Translations under genes and position numbers: made by a program
Shown here: piece after piece, positions 1 to 11,442 of the stretch
Layout of the letters: each line of letters opens with the position of its first letter
Numbering within the stretch: the stretch's first letter is position 1
Notes under the pieces: model-generated
The model's input: only the letters and a program-made list of their open reading frames with translations
Told to the model about the DNA's origin: nothing
Databases searched by the model: none
Assembly (NCBI GenBank): GCA_963665295.1
Contig: OY762209.1
Span: 4,128,001-4,192,000 of the forward strand
DNA: 64,000 nucleotides
Source: Syntrophorhabdaceae bacterium
Lineage (GTDB): Bacteria > Desulfobacterota > Syntrophorhabdia > Syntrophorhabdales > Syntrophorhabdaceae
Reading direction: 5' to 3'

Positions 1-189
1 CTTTGCCATAAGAGGTATCTCAAAGGCGCCGGGCACCTTATAAATATCCACCTCGCCCTCTTCCGCTCCATGTCTTCTCAGTGCGTCAAGAGCGCCTTCC
101 AGAAGCCTCTCCGTAATGAAGCTGTTGAATCTGCTCACGACTATTGCAATCTTCAGACCCTTCGCATCGAGTTTTCCCTCGTAGATCAT
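1..189 (-). CDS. ribH: 6,7-dimethyl-8-ribityllumazine synthase (5' part; runs off window start)
   Basis: Manual translation [37 protein letters not shown]...[16 protein letters not shown]; follows ribBA. Confidence 0.95.
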   Translation of the reverse strand, partial: MIYEGKLDAKGLKIAIVVSRFNSFITERLLEGALDALRRHGAEEGEVDIYKVPGAFEIPLMAK

Positions 190-199
190 TATCGGCTCC

Positions 200-1405
200 T
201 TATATGTTATTCAGAATGTGCCCAAGTTTCTCTTGCTTGGTCTTAAGGTATGCAAGGTTATCCTTTGTAGGCGACATCTCCAGAGGCACTCTCTCTACCA
301 CGGTAAGACCATACCCTTCGAGTCCTTTGATCTTTCTTGGGTTATTCGTGAGAAGCCTCATTTTTCTCACGCCGAGGTCATTCAGGATCTGAGCGCCGAT
401 CCCGTAATCCCGCAAGTCGGCGGAAAATCCGAGGGCTATGTTCGCCTCCACGGTGTCGTGTCCATTATCCTGAAGGTTGTACGCTTTCAGCTTGTTCAGG
501 AGGCCTATCCCTCTACCCTCCTGCCTCATATACACGAATACCCCTTTCTCTTCCTTTTCTATCATCTTCAGGGCCAACTGCAACTGTTCTCCACAGTCGC
601 ACCTCATGGACCCAAGCACGTCTCCGGTAAAGCATTCCGAGTGAACCCTTACGAGAACCACATCATCCGGCCCGATATCGCCTTTCACCAGTGCAAGGTG
701 GGTCTCTTTATCTACATCGTTCTCGTATCCCACCAACACGAAGTCCCCGCCGTACCTGGTGGGTATCCTCGTCTCCGTGGCTCTTCTCACGAGTTTCTCG
801 TTCTTCGTCCTGTATTTTATCAGGTCGGCGATGGTAGCGATTTTCAAGCCATGTTCCACGGCAAAACGCTCCAGGTCGCCCATCCTTGCCATAGTGCCGT
901 CTTCTTTCATGATTTCACAAATAACACCCGCCGGTTTGAGACCGGCAAGCCTTGCGAGATCGACAGAACCTTCCGTATGGCCCACCCTGACGAGTACTCC
1001 GCCGTTACGCGCCATCAGGGGAAACACATGACCTGGCTTTGCAAGGTCTTCAGGTCCCGTCTTGTCGTCCATGGCCACCGCGATGGTAGTTGCCCTGTCC
1101 TGCGCTGAAATCCCGGTGGTCACACCTCTCCTCGCTTCTATGGAAACCGTGAAAGCCGTATTGTGGGCAGAGGTGTTCTCACGAACCATCAAGGGCAGTC
1201 CCAGCGCCCTGACTCTATCCTCGGTAAGTGAAAGACAGATGAGACCACAGGCATACCGCGCCATAAATGTGATCGTCTCAGGTGTGGCCTTTTCCGCCGC
1301 CACCATGATATCACCTTCGTTCTCTCTGTCTTCATCATCGACGATGATGACCATCTTTCCGTTTTTGACATCCTCGATTACATCTTCAATTCTCGATATC
1401 GCCAT
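200..1405 (-). CDS. ribBA: Bifunctional DHBP synthase / GTP cyclohydrolase II
   Basis: [41 protein letters not shown] motifs; start placed at MAISRIE (ATG 1405, AAGGGG RBS). Confidence 0.96.
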   Translation of the reverse strand: MAISRIEDVIEDVKNGKMVIIVDDEDRENEGDIMVAAEKATPETITFMARYACGLICLSLTEDRVRALGLPLMVRENTSAHNTAFTVSIEARRGVTTGISAQDRATTIAVAMDDKTGPEDLAKPGHVFPLMARNGGVLVRVGHTEGSVDLARLAGLKPAGVICEIMKEDGTMARMGDLERFAVEHGLKIATIADLIKYRTKNEKLVRRATETRIPTRYGGDFVLVGYENDVDKETHLALVKGDIGPDDVVLVRVHSECFTGDVLGSMRCDCGEQLQLALKMIEKEEKGVFVYMRQEGRGIGLLNKLKAYNLQDNGHDTVEANIALGFSADLRDYGIGAQILNDLGVRKMRLLTNNPRKIKGLEGYGLTVVERVPLEMSPTKDNLAYLKTKQEKLGHILNNI

Positions 1406-1406
1406 A

Positions 1407-2054
1407 TCAGTCCCCTTTTGCATAGCCGTGCTCATAGAGAAAATTCAAGTCCATGCCCCGGCCCTTGTCTTTCGCCATGAAGCTGTCTATATATCTGCCG
1501 ATAATATCGGTCTCTATATTCAGTTTATCCCGCGGTTTCTTATCGCCTATCGTGGTTTTTGATGCGGTGTACGGGATTATGTTAACATTAAATAAGGTAT
1601 CACTTCGATCGTTCACTGTCAAGCTTACTCCATCCAGCGTAACCGACCCTTTTCTCACAATGTACCGCAACACGTCAGGATTCGACTCAATTTCAAATCT
1701 CAGGGAATCGCCGACCTGACTTATCCCTTTTATCACTCCCACTCCGTCCACATGGCCCATGACGATGTGCCCCCCGAACCTTCCGTCGGCTTTCATGGCC
1801 CTCTCCACATTGACGGCGTCTCCCGGTTTCCTGTCCTTCAAGGTGGTGACGCCGAGAGTCTCAAGGGATGCATCTGCATAAAAGCCATCTCCCGCCAATC
1901 TGACAGCCGTAAGACACACCCCATCTATCGCAACGCTGTCCCCCTCCTGAATGCCATGGGGTTTCATGTTGGTCCGGACATAGAACTCCCACCTGCCGGA
2001 GAGTTTTCTGATCCCTGCAATCTTTCCTACGTCCTCAATAATCCCTGTGAACAT
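1407..2054 (-). CDS. ribE: Riboflavin synthase (alpha chain)
   Basis: Diagnostic MFTGIIE N-terminus, [20 protein letters not shown]. Confidence 0.96.
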   Translation of the reverse strand: MFTGIIEDVGKIAGIRKLSGRWEFYVRTNMKPHGIQEGDSVAIDGVCLTAVRLAGDGFYADASLETLGVTTLKDRKPGDAVNVERAMKADGRFGGHIVMGHVDGVGVIKGISQVGDSLRFEIESNPDVLRYIVRKGSVTLDGVSLTVNDRSDTLFNVNIIPYTASKTTIGDKKPRDKLNIETDIIGRYIDSFMAKDKGRGMDLNFLYEHGYAKGD

Positions 2055-3138
2055 AGGCCTCCACATATATGTCGTCTTTGAAGCGTTTGACCGTTACAAT
2101 GTCCAGTTTATGGGCATCCCGAAGAAAGTCCACCCCTTTTCCCCCAATGAGACTCTGGGCATTTTTGCCTCCTATCATGATGGGGGCATAGAAAAGAAGA
2201 ACCTTATCGAGGAGATTCTCTTTAAGGAGGCTGCTGTTCACCTCGCCGCCTCCTTCCACAAGCACGCTCTGGACTTCCCTCTTATAGAGTTCGTCGCACA
2301 CCTGTTTCAGCGAGACCCGTCCATTTTCATCCTTAGCAACCCTGATCACATCAAGCCCAAGAGACTTTAGACGCGCTTCTTTATCATGACGGGAGTCTTC
2401 GGACGCAAAAATCCATGTCCTGTATTTCTCAGCAGTCTTCACTACATCACACGACAAAGGTATCCTGAGTTTCGAGTCAAGGATGATCCTTATGGGAATC
2501 TTCTTGGGCTTGGCCACCTTCGGTACAAGGAGCGGGTTATCGGAAATTACCGTATTGATTCCCACCATCACTCCGTCCATTACAGACCGCAGCTTGTTTA
2601 CGTGACGCCTTGATTCCTCATTGGATATCCACTTGGAATCACAAGTTTTTGTCGCTATCTTCCCGTCAAGGCTTGCGGCAGCCTTCAAGGTGAAAAAAGG
2701 TCTTTTCCTTTCCATATAGACAATAAAAGCCTCATTCAACTTTCGGGCTTCTTCTTCAAGAAGGCCGACTTTCACGTCTATCCCCGCATTCCTCAGTGTT
2801 TCCACGCCCTTGCCGTTCACGAGCGGGTTCGGATCGAGCATGGAGACCACGACCTTCTTTATCCCCGCCCGGATCACCGCCTCGACGCAAGGGGGTGTTT
2901 TCCCCACGTGCGCGCAAGGCTCCAGATTAATAAAAAGCGTGGCGCCTCTGGCTTCTTCCTTTGCATCGTTGATCGCCACGACCTCGGCATGGTAAAGTCC
3001 CGCCTTGCGGTGATAGCCCTTTCCTACGATGTTTTTCCCTTTTACAAGAACTGCACCAACCATGGGGTTGGGGGAAGTGGCGCCAAGCCCTCTCTTCCCG
3101 AGAGAGAGCGACATGCGCATATATTCTTCTTCTTTCAA
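2035..3138 (-). CDS. ribD: Bifunctional riboflavin deaminase/reductase
   Basis: PNPMVGAV, HAE, LEPCAHVGKTPPC, SLDGKIAT, VEGGG; probable TTG start at 3138 after GAGAGGG. Confidence 0.95.
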   Translation of the reverse strand: MKEEEYMRMSLSLGKRGLGATSPNPMVGAVLVKGKNIVGKGYHRKAGLYHAEVVAINDAKEEARGATLFINLEPCAHVGKTPPCVEAVIRAGIKKVVVSMLDPNPLVNGKGVETLRNAGIDVKVGLLEEEARKLNEAFIVYMERKRPFFTLKAAASLDGKIATKTCDSKWISNEESRRHVNKLRSVMDGVMVGINTVISDNPLLVPKVAKPKKIPIRIILDSKLRIPLSCDVVKTAEKYRTWIFASEDSRHDKEARLKSLGLDVIRVAKDENGRVSLKQVCDELYKREVQSVLVEGGGEVNSSLLKENLLDKVLLFYAPIMIGGKNAQSLIGGKGVDFLRDAHKLDIVTVKRFKDDIYVEAYVHRDY

Positions 3139-3196
3139 GGTTAGCCCTCTCAAACAACGCTCAGCACGCGAAAAGCCACGGTGCATCCGATCTCTG

Positions 3197-3661
3197 TCAA
3201 TTCTCGCCTTTCTTCAGGACGAGATCTTTCAATTCATCCATAAATTCGTTAATGTCTCTGAACTGCCTGTATACGGAGGCGAACCTGACATATGCGATTT
3301 CATCCAGTTTTCTCAGTTCATCCATGACCATCTCTCCTACCTCGGATGCCCTGATCTCTTTCTCTCCCTTTTCGAGGAGGTTATGCTCTATCCTCAATAC
3401 TATCTTCTCCAGGTTCGTTATACTCACGGGCCTCTTCTCGCATGCCCTTTTCAATCCACCCAGGATCTTATCCCGCTCGAACACCTCGCGCCTGCCATCC
3501 TTCTTGATGACCAGAGGCAACCCCTCCTCGAGCCTTTCGGCTGTGCTGAACCTCTTCCCGCACTTGAGGCATTCTCTTCGCCGTCTGATGGTATCCATCT
3601 CTTTGCTTAATCTCGAATCGAGAACCTTGCTCTCAATGTGACTGCAGTAAGGGCATTTCAT
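3197..3661 (-). CDS. nrdR: Transcriptional repressor NrdR
   Basis: MKCPYC zinc ribbon, RRRREC, ATP cone, [12 protein letters not shown]. Confidence 0.97.
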   Translation of the reverse strand: MKCPYCSHIESKVLDSRLSKEMDTIRRRRECLKCGKRFSTAERLEEGLPLVIKKDGRREVFERDKILGGLKRACEKRPVSITNLEKIVLRIEHNLLEKGEKEIRASEVGEMVMDELRKLDEIAYVRFASVYRQFRDINEFMDELKDLVLKKGEN

Positions 3662-4137
3662 GGCTCAGGGCTTACCGGCGCGTCCGGCAATTCTACCTTC
3701 CGTATCACCATCTCCGATTCCTTCATGATCTCCGCCGCAAGTTCGTCAGGATACCCGTCAATATAGAATACCTTAGAAATGCCCGCATTGATGACCATTT
3801 TTATGCATATAGAGCAAGGTAAATGAGTTGTATAAAGTTGGGCTCCATTTATGGAAGCACCATGATATGCCGCCTGAACAATTGCATTCTGTTCAGCATG
3901 GAGGCCCCGGCATAATTCGTGTCTTTCCCCGGGGGCAACCTTCAACTTCTCTCTGAGGCATTCTCCATCCGTACAATGCGCGAGCCCCATGGGTGCGCCA
4001 TTGTACCCTGTCGATAGAATTCTCTTATCCCTGACGATCAGGGCCCCGACGTTTCTTCTCTTGCATGTAGACCTTTTCGATATGATCCTCGCAATCTCCA
4101 TGAAGTAAGAATCCCAGTCAGGGCGAGGATTCCTCAT
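3658..4137 (-). CDS. dCMP deaminase family protein (ComEB-like)
   Basis: [20 protein letters not shown] and PCSIC zinc motifs. Confidence 0.9.
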   Translation of the reverse strand: MRNPRPDWDSYFMEIARIISKRSTCKRRNVGALIVRDKRILSTGYNGAPMGLAHCTDGECLREKLKVAPGERHELCRGLHAEQNAIVQAAYHGASINGAQLYTTHLPCSICIKMVINAGISKVFYIDGYPDELAAEIMKESEMVIRKVELPDAPVSPEP

Positions 4138-5390
4138 ATCGTGTATATACGGGAATAGAAGGGGAATCTCTCACATAAAGCCTTTACTTCAGCCCTTATT
4201 TCGCTATACACGGACTCATTGTTGAGGTTCGTTAGTGCCCTGTTTATGAGCCCCGCAATCACGTCCATCTCCTCTTCTTTAAAGCCCCTCGTGGTCACTG
4301 CGGGGGTTCCTATCCTTATCCCGCTCGTAATGTTCGGCCCTTTGGAATCAAAAGGAATGAGGTTTTTGTTGACCATGATCCCGCTCGGTTCGAGGGCCTC
4401 CTGGGCCTCTTTCCCCGTAATACCTTTGTGGGAAAGGTCGACAAGGAACAGGTGAGTATCCGTACCGCCGGATACTATTCTGTAACCCAGTTCTTCCATG
4501 TTTCGGGACAGACGTTGTGCGTTTCTCACCACCTGTCTCTGATACTCTCTGAATTCCTCCGTCATGGCCTGCTTCATGGCAACTGCCTTCGCGGCAACTA
4601 CGTGCATCAACGGCCCGCCTTGTATGCCGGGGAATATGGCTGAATCGATGGCCTTCGCAAATTCTTTCTTACAGAAAACCAGCCCTCCTCTGGGGCCTCG
4701 CAACGTTTTGTGCGTCGTAGTAGTTACAAAGTGCGCATGCTCCATAGGACTCGGATGGCACCCCGCCGCTATCAGCCCCGCAATGTGGGCCATGTCCACG
4801 GTGAAATACGCCCCTACCTCATCGGCGATCTCCCTGAATTTCTTGAAGTCGATCACTCTCGGATAGGCGCTCGCACCGGCAATGATCATTTTCGGTTTCT
4901 CTTCCCGTGCGATTCTCCGAATATCGTCGTAGTCAAGTCTCTCGTCGCCCGATGACACCTTGTAACCCACAGCAGTGTAGTACTTGCCCGAGAAACTGGC
5001 CCGCGCCCCATGGGTCAAATGCCCCCCATGGGCGATGTCCATACCGAGTATCTTGTCTCCTGGTTTAAGCACAGCGTAAAAAACCGCCATGTTCGCGGAG
5101 GATCCCGAGTGGGGTTGCACATTCACATGCTCCGCATGAAACAGCTCTTTCGCCCTCTCAATGGCAATATTTTCGATCTCATCGAGGAACCGGCAACCGC
5201 TGTAGTATCTCTTGAACGGGTAGCCTTCCGCGTATTTGTTCGTCAATACGCAGCCCTGTATCTCAAGTATCTCCTCATTTACATAATTCTCCGAGGCTAT
5301 CAGGATAAGGCTGTGCTCCTCCCTTTCGAGTTCCCGCCTCACAAGTTCATAAACTTCTTTGTCTTTAAAATCCTCGCTTTTCATCTTCAT
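4134..5390 (-). CDS. glyA: Serine hydroxymethyltransferase
   Basis: [29 protein letters not shown] (PLP lysine). Confidence 0.97.
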   Translation of the reverse strand: MKMKSEDFKDKEVYELVRRELEREEHSLILIASENYVNEEILEIQGCVLTNKYAEGYPFKRYYSGCRFLDEIENIAIERAKELFHAEHVNVQPHSGSSANMAVFYAVLKPGDKILGMDIAHGGHLTHGARASFSGKYYTAVGYKVSSGDERLDYDDIRRIAREEKPKMIIAGASAYPRVIDFKKFREIADEVGAYFTVDMAHIAGLIAAGCHPSPMEHAHFVTTTTHKTLRGPRGGLVFCKKEFAKAIDSAIFPGIQGGPLMHVVAAKAVAMKQAMTEEFREYQRQVVRNAQRLSRNMEELGYRIVSGGTDTHLFLVDLSHKGITGKEAQEALEPSGIMVNKNLIPFDSKGPNITSGIRIGTPAVTTRGFKEEEMDVIAGLINRALTNLNNESVYSEIRAEVKALCERFPFYSRIYTI

Positions 5391-5842
5391 GGCCTTGACA
5401 GGTATTTATCTTCCCACTCCGTTATTTTATCTATCCTTCTAGTGTGCCTTCCACCTTCGAAAGGCGTGTCGAACCAGACCTTCACGATCTCCTCCGCGAG
5501 GCCCTTCCCTATCACCCGGCCTCCCAGGACAAGAACGTTCGTGTCGAGATGGCGCCTGCTTTGCATGGCTGTATAGATATCCTGGGCGAGAACCGCCCTG
5601 ACCCCTTTCACCTTGTTTGCCACCACGCTCATTCCCACGCCTGTCCCACATACGAGGATACCCCTGTCGGCCGATCCGTCGGATACAAGCCCGGCGGCTT
5701 TCAGACCGTAATCAGGATAGTCCACGGATGCCTCGGTGTCGGTCCCTGCATCAATAACCGTATAACCTCTCTCTTTTACAAGGTTCTTCACAAATTCTTT
5801 CAGCTCGTATCCCGCGTGATCCGACCCGAGAGCTACCCTCAC
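5387..5842 (-). CDS. rpiB: Ribose 5-phosphate isomerase B
   Basis: GSDHAG, DYPD, CGTGVG, FEGGRH. Confidence 0.95.
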   Translation of the reverse strand: MRVALGSDHAGYELKEFVKNLVKERGYTVIDAGTDTEASVDYPDYGLKAAGLVSDGSADRGILVCGTGVGMSVVANKVKGVRAVLAQDIYTAMQSRRHLDTNVLVLGGRVIGKGLAEEIVKVWFDTPFEGGRHTRRIDKITEWEDKYLSRP

Positions 5843-7080
5843 TTTTCGAACCTCCGGAAGACAAGGGTGCAGTTGGTTCCGCCGAAACCGAAGGAATTCG
5901 ACATAGCCACCTCGATACCATGCTTTCTCGCGGCGTTGGGCACATAGTCCAGATCACATTCAGGATCGGGATTTTCGTAATTTATGGTGGGCGGGCACAC
6001 CTGGTCTCTTATGCTCAAGGCCGAAAACACGGCCTCAACAGCTCCCGCCGCGCCCAGAAGATGACCTGTCATCGATTTGGTGGAACTTACGGGTATCTTA
6101 TACGCCCGCTCCTTAAAAACCTCTTTTATTGCAATGGTCTCTATGTGATCGTTCAAGCCGGTGGAGGTCCCGTGGGCATTGATATAATCCACGTCGTCCT
6201 CAACCAGCCCGCCGTCTTTCAAGGCCATTTTCATACATCGAACGAATCCGTTCCCGTCAGGGGCCGGAGCGGTAATGTGGTACGCGTCACCGTTATAGCC
6301 ATACCCTGCCAGTTCCGCATAAATCTTTGCGTTCCTCTTCAGGGCGTGTTCGAGTTCTTCCAGAATTACAATGCCTGCGCCCTCGGCCACCACAAAACCG
6401 TCCCGGTCCCTTTCAAATGGCCTTGAGGCCTTTGCGGGCTCACCATTCCTTCTCGAAAGAGCCTTCATGGCGTTGAAACCTCCCACGGTGAGAGGGGTCA
6501 GGTTCGCCTCGGTCCCCCCCGCAACCATCACGTCTGCATCACCGTACTGTATGATCCGGAAGGCGTCGCCTATGGAATGGGCGCCCGTCGCACAGGCTGT
6601 CACGATACAAAGGTTGGGCCCTTGAATGCCGTGTTGTATGGCGATATGACCCGGAGCCTCGTTTGCTATCAACATGGGAATGAAAAAGGGTGATATCCTG
6701 CCCGGTCCCCTTTCAAGGAGGATCGTGTGATATTTCTCCAGCGTGGGGAGACCGCCAAGGCCGGTTCCGGCCACGACTCCCACTCTCGTCCGGTCTTCAG
6801 AAGCCATATCGAGTTTCGCGTCTTCAATGGCAATCTGCGTCGCACCGAGCACATACTGAATAAACAGGTCTATTTTCTTTATTTCTTTCGGGGATATAAA
6901 ATCCTCCGGCTTAAAGCCCTTGACCTCTCCCGCGATCTTCGTCTCAAACTGGGATGTGTCAAATCGTGTAATCGCCGATATACCCGACTCACCATTCAGT
7001 ATCTTACTCCAGACGCTTTCATTCCCGGTGCCGAGGGGCGTTACGAGACCTATTCCTGTCACCACCACTCTTCTCTTCAA
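5839..7080 (-). CDS. fabF: 3-oxoacyl-ACP synthase II
   Basis: RRVVVTG, TACATG (Cys), NAHGTST, KSMTGHLLGAAG, NSFGFGG. Confidence 0.97.
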   Translation of the reverse strand: MKRRVVVTGIGLVTPLGTGNESVWSKILNGESGISAITRFDTSQFETKIAGEVKGFKPEDFISPKEIKKIDLFIQYVLGATQIAIEDAKLDMASEDRTRVGVVAGTGLGGLPTLEKYHTILLERGPGRISPFFIPMLIANEAPGHIAIQHGIQGPNLCIVTACATGAHSIGDAFRIIQYGDADVMVAGGTEANLTPLTVGGFNAMKALSRRNGEPAKASRPFERDRDGFVVAEGAGIVILEELEHALKRNAKIYAELAGYGYNGDAYHITAPAPDGNGFVRCMKMALKDGGLVEDDVDYINAHGTSTGLNDHIETIAIKEVFKERAYKIPVSSTKSMTGHLLGAAGAVEAVFSALSIRDQVCPPTINYENPDPECDLDYVPNAARKHGIEVAMSNSFGFGGTNCTLVFRRFEK

Positions 7081-7097
7081 TGCGGTCCACCCCTTAA

Positions 7098-7349
<252 letters not shown>

Positions 7350-7381
7350 TCATAATAAATAGAAGAAACAAGATCTCCTTA

Positions 7382-8113
7382 CTACATATGTAAACCGCCG
7401 TTGACGTTTATCACCTCTCCGGTAATATAACTCCCGTACTCCGAAAGAAGGAAATACACGACACGCGCAACGTCGGTTGTTTCTCCCAACCGGCCAAGGG
7501 GAATCGCCCTAAACAACTCCTCTCTTGCCTTCTCGCTCAGTTCATCCGTCATCTTGGTCCGAATGAAACCGGGAGCCACTGCGTTGACCCTGATGCCCCT
7601 CTCTCCATATTCCTTGGCCACGCTTTTGGTAAACCCGATCAGTCCGGCCTTGCTCGCCGCGTAATTAGCCTGACCCGCATTACCCATAATACCGACAACA
7701 GAGGTAATGTTCACGATCGCCCCTCCTGTCCTCAACATAGGTTTGATCACTGCCCTGGTGCAGTTGAAGGCGCTCTTCAGGTTCACGTGGATGACTCTGT
7801 CCCAATCCTCTTCCTTCATCCGTATCAACAATTTGTCGTTGGTGATACCCGCGTTGTTTACCAGGCAATGTACCTTGCCCAGTGTCTTTATCACCGCGCC
7901 TACCGCTTCTTCCACGGCATGGAAATCGGTCACGTCGACGTGAAAGAATTCTGCCCTTCTGCCCTTCGCCCTGATCTCCTCCACCACTCCGCTGCCATCA
8001 GCAATATCGAATACCGCGATGTCGCCACCCTTTTCCGCAAGGAATTCGGCTATTGTCTTTCCGATGCCTTGGGCGGCGCCCGTTATGATGGTAACCCTAT
8101 TATTCATCTGCAC
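7382..8113 (-). CDS. fabG: 3-oxoacyl-ACP reductase
   Basis: TGAAQGIG, NNAGIT, NYAASK; fab operon context. Confidence 0.95.
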   Translation of the reverse strand: MQMNNRVTIITGAAQGIGKTIAEFLAEKGGDIAVFDIADGSGVVEEIRAKGRRAEFFHVDVTDFHAVEEAVGAVIKTLGKVHCLVNNAGITNDKLLIRMKEEDWDRVIHVNLKSAFNCTRAVIKPMLRTGGAIVNITSVVGIMGNAGQANYAASKAGLIGFTKSVAKEYGERGIRVNAVAPGFIRTKMTDELSEKAREELFRAIPLGRLGETTDVARVVYFLLSEYGSYITGEVINVNGGLHM

Positions 8114-8134
8114 ATTCTCCCCATAGTCCGGCCG

Positions 8135-9073
8135 TCACGCCAATAAGCCCTTCAGCGCTTCGATCTCGTCCAAGTTTTCCACGTTGTAACAAGGAACAGT
8201 CGGTTCGATCCTCTTGATAAGGTTGGTGAGAACCTTCTGAGGTCCCACTTCAACAAATATCTCCACGCCTTCCGCCACCATTCTTCTGACGCACTGTTCC
8301 CAGCGAACGGGAGAGAACATCTGTCTGTAAAGCTTATCGGCAATTACATCCCTGTCCTGCTCCGGAGCGGCATCCACGTTACCCATCACGGGAAAGTTCA
8401 CATTCCTCTTCGCAACAAGCCGTATCTCTTCTTTTAGTTTCTCCGCCCCTTCTTTCATGAGAGGGCTGTGAAACGGTCCCGACACATTGAGAAAAACGGC
8501 TTTCTTATACCCTACGCCTTTCAGCTTCTCCACGCTTTCCTTCAAAGCGCCGATATCCCCCGACAGGACCACCTGGTCCGCCGAGTTCAGGTTGGCCGGC
8601 ACTGCAACGTAATCACCGTGAGAGATATCCTTCAGGAGGGGTTCCACCTTTTCCATGTTCGCCCCGATCAACGCCACCATGCCGCCCTTACCCTTCGGAC
8701 ACGACTCCTCCATGAGGAGCCCTCTTTTCCTTGTTATGTTGAGGGCGTCTTCGAAGGTAAAATAACCGGCGGCGAGCAACGCGGTATACTCACCGAGGCT
8801 GTGACCCGCAAAAAGAAACGGCGTCAGCTGTGTCTCCTTCTTCAGAACCTCCCACACCGCATAACACGTGAGAAGGAGCGCCGGCTGGGTATTATATGTC
8901 TGCCTCAGTTCTTCCTCGGGTCCGCTGAAACAGAGGTCCGTAATCGGAAAACCGAGAACCCTGTCCGCTGTTCCGAACAACTCCTTTATTTCATCAAACC
9001 TGTCGTAAAGTTTTTTCCCCATGCCGACATATTGAGAGCCCTGCCCGGGGAACACAATACCTATCTTTTTCAT
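8135..9073 (-). CDS. fabD: Malonyl-CoA:ACP transacylase
   Basis: FPGQGSQ, GHSLGE, SGPFHS. Confidence 0.96.
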   Translation of the reverse strand: MKKIGIVFPGQGSQYVGMGKKLYDRFDEIKELFGTADRVLGFPITDLCFSGPEEELRQTYNTQPALLLTCYAVWEVLKKETQLTPFLFAGHSLGEYTALLAAGYFTFEDALNITRKRGLLMEESCPKGKGGMVALIGANMEKVEPLLKDISHGDYVAVPANLNSADQVVLSGDIGALKESVEKLKGVGYKKAVFLNVSGPFHSPLMKEGAEKLKEEIRLVAKRNVNFPVMGNVDAAPEQDRDVIADKLYRQMFSPVRWEQCVRRMVAEGVEIFVEVGPQKVLTNLIKRIEPTVPCYNVENLDEIEALKGLLA

Positions 9074-10234
9074 TTATCTTCTCTTTTGGGCTGCTTCCTT
9101 TACAAGCTCAAGGCCGATCACATTTCGCTGAATCTGATTCGTGCCTTCATAAATCTGCAAAATCTTTGCATCTCTCAGCATCTTCTCAACCGGGTATTCC
9201 TTCATGTATCCGTACCCACCGAAGACCTGCAGCGCATCCACGACGACCTTCATCGCCACATCGCTCGGGAACACCTTGCTCATGGCGGAAACTTTGGAGG
9301 TATCCTTCGGGTTGCTGTCGATAAAACGAGCCACCGCGTACACAAGTGCGCGGGCGGCCTCTACCTGGGTCGCCATGTCGGCAAGCATATGCTGTATGGC
9401 CTGGAAGGAAGCTATCTTTCTATCGAACTGCTCCCGCTCCCTCGCATAACGAACTGCTGCGTCCAACGCGGCATGAGCTACCCCAACAGCCTGGGCGCCA
9501 ATACCGGGCCTTGTCTTGTCAAAGGTCCGCATGGCATAGATAAACCCCATACCCTCTCTACCTATAACATTTTCCTTGGGAACTTTGCAATCTTGAAATA
9601 CAAGCTCTCTCGTTGCGGAGGCTCTGATGCCAAGCTTGTTCTCCTTCTTTCCGAAGGTAAAGCCTTCCATCCCTTTTTCCAGGATAAAAGCGGTGGCGCC
9701 TCTGCCGCCTTTCGTCTTGTCGGTCTTCGCAATAACCGTATAAATATCGGCCTCTCCGCCGTTTGTAATCCACTGTTTCGTGCCGTTGAGGATATACTCG
9801 TCCCCCACTTTCTTTGCCTCTGTGCGTATGCTCTGTGCGTCGCTACCCGCACCTGCTTCCGTGAGACCGAAGGCACCAAGCTTTTCTCCCGAGGCAATCT
9901 GACTCAGGTACTTCTTCTTCTGTGCTTCGGAACCTCCGAGGAGGATCGGGTACGCCCCCAGGAGACTTGCTGCATAACTCACCGACACCCCGAGGCACGC
10001 TTTGCTCAATTCTTCAACCACGATGCAGTTTTCAAAACATCCGCCGCCCAGTCCACCGTACTCCACAGGTATACTCACACCGAAAAGTCCAGTGTCTCCA
10101 CAGACTTTCATCACGCTCCACGGAAACTCCTGTTTCTCGTCGAGTTCGGCCCGAACGGGAACAACCTTCTCTTCAGCAATCCTGCGGGCCAGGGCGCGAA
10201 TATTCTTCTGGTCTTCTGTGAGGAAATAATCCAT
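9074..10234 (-). CDS. Acyl-CoA dehydrogenase (short-chain/butyryl-CoA dehydrogenase-like)
   Basis: FGLTEAGAGSDA, LNGTKQWITNG, REQF, QVFGGYGY, IYEGTNQIQR (catalytic Glu); 386 aa. Confidence 0.93.
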   Translation of the reverse strand: MDYFLTEDQKNIRALARRIAEEKVVPVRAELDEKQEFPWSVMKVCGDTGLFGVSIPVEYGGLGGGCFENCIVVEELSKACLGVSVSYAASLLGAYPILLGGSEAQKKKYLSQIASGEKLGAFGLTEAGAGSDAQSIRTEAKKVGDEYILNGTKQWITNGGEADIYTVIAKTDKTKGGRGATAFILEKGMEGFTFGKKENKLGIRASATRELVFQDCKVPKENVIGREGMGFIYAMRTFDKTRPGIGAQAVGVAHAALDAAVRYAREREQFDRKIASFQAIQHMLADMATQVEAARALVYAVARFIDSNPKDTSKVSAMSKVFPSDVAMKVVVDALQVFGGYGYMKEYPVEKMLRDAKILQIYEGTNQIQRNVIGLELVKEAAQKRR

Positions 10235-10235
10235 G

Positions 10236-11243
10236 CTATCTCTCCTTTATCTTCTGAAGTGACTCGTAATTCTGCATCGTTTCCTTGATAGATTCATTCA
10301 GGTTCCTATCTACAAAATTGCCGGCCATAATGATGGCATTCCTTATCGCGTAGTGACTCGACTTGCCGTGACATATAATGGACACACCATCCACACCCAA
10401 CAGAGGCGCACCCCCTATATTCGCATAGTCGAACCTCTGCCTTATCTGCTTCAATATCTCCTGCATAAACGCATAACCGGCAACATTATGGATGTTTTCC
10501 GCCGCCTTTTCCTTCAAGAATCCCATCAACATTTCGGCGATTCCTTCCGTGATTTTCAGGGCCACATTTCCCACAAAGCCGTCGGTCACCACCACGTCGG
10601 TGTTTCCGTTATGCATGTCCGTGCCTTCCACATATCCCAGATAATTGAGGTCTATGTTCTTCAGAAGGCTGTTGGCCTCCCTTGTCAACTCGTTACCTTT
10701 CGTCTCCTCCGTGGCATTACTCAACAGGCCCACTTTCGGAGCGTCAAAACCGAAGGCGCATCGGGCGAAAATATCACCCATTATGGCAAACTGGATAATA
10801 TGTGTCGCCCGGCAGTCCACATTGCCCCCCGAATCGACGAGAACCGTCGTCCCCCCCTTGGCATTCGGGTGAAGCGTGGCAATGGCGGGCCGGTCGACAC
10901 CCGGCAGCCTTCCCAGGGTAAAAATGGCGAAGCCCATGGCAGCGCCGGAGTTCCCCGCAGTCACCACCCCTTGAACGGCCCCCTGTTTCAGCAACTCAAA
11001 GGCCTTATTCATGGAGCAGTCTCTTTTCTTTCTCAGGGCGTTCGAGGGAGACTCGTCCATCCCGACCACCGTCGCCGTGTGCACAATCTCCATGGAGGAA
11101 TCGCCTATCAGGGGCCGGAGCTTCTCCTCGTCACCGACGAGAACGATATCCGCTATCCTGTCGCTATGTACAGATAGAGCCCCTTTCACGACCGCATGAG
11201 GCGCAAAATCTCCCCCCATACCGTCTACCGCTATCCTCACCAT
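10236..11243 (-). CDS. plsX: Phosphate acyltransferase PlsX
   Basis: IAVDGMGGDFAP, RPAIA, DGFVGNVALK, HGKS. Confidence 0.95.
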   Translation of the reverse strand: MVRIAVDGMGGDFAPHAVVKGALSVHSDRIADIVLVGDEEKLRPLIGDSSMEIVHTATVVGMDESPSNALRKKRDCSMNKAFELLKQGAVQGVVTAGNSGAAMGFAIFTLGRLPGVDRPAIATLHPNAKGGTTVLVDSGGNVDCRATHIIQFAIMGDIFARCAFGFDAPKVGLLSNATEETKGNELTREANSLLKNIDLNYLGYVEGTDMHNGNTDVVVTDGFVGNVALKITEGIAEMLMGFLKEKAAENIHNVAGYAFMQEILKQIRQRFDYANIGGAPLLGVDGVSIICHGKSSHYAIRNAIIMAGNFVDRNLNESIKETMQNYESLQKIKER

Positions 11244-11246
11244 TAA

Positions 11247-11429
11247 TTATGCTTCCTTTACTTCAAGGTACTTCTTGCCTTTATACATCCCGCACTTCGG
11301 GCATACAGCGTGAGGCAGTTTGGGCTGTTTGCAGTTCGGGCAGGAAACCACAGCCACCGGGATGGCCTTGTAATGGGTCCTTCTCTTATCTCTTTTTGAT
11401 TGCGACGTCTTCCTTTTTGGAACGGCCAT
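11247..11429 (-). CDS. rpmF: 50S ribosomal protein L32
   Basis: MAVPKRKTSQSKRDKRR, CPNC..CPKCG. Confidence 0.97.
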   Translation of the reverse strand: MAVPKRKTSQSKRDKRRTHYKAIPVAVVSCPNCKQPKLPHAVCPKCGMYKGKKYLEVKEA

Positions 11430-11442
11430 GATACTCTCCTTG

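Noticed and set aside
3139..3196. Possible FMN riboswitch before ribD
   Set aside because: Gap is only about 58 nt and lacks RFN conserved sequence; rib genes appear to be read from upstream.
8468..10288. 606-aa plus-strand ORF
   Set aside because: Antisense shadow of the acyl-CoA dehydrogenase and fabD; no recognisable motifs.
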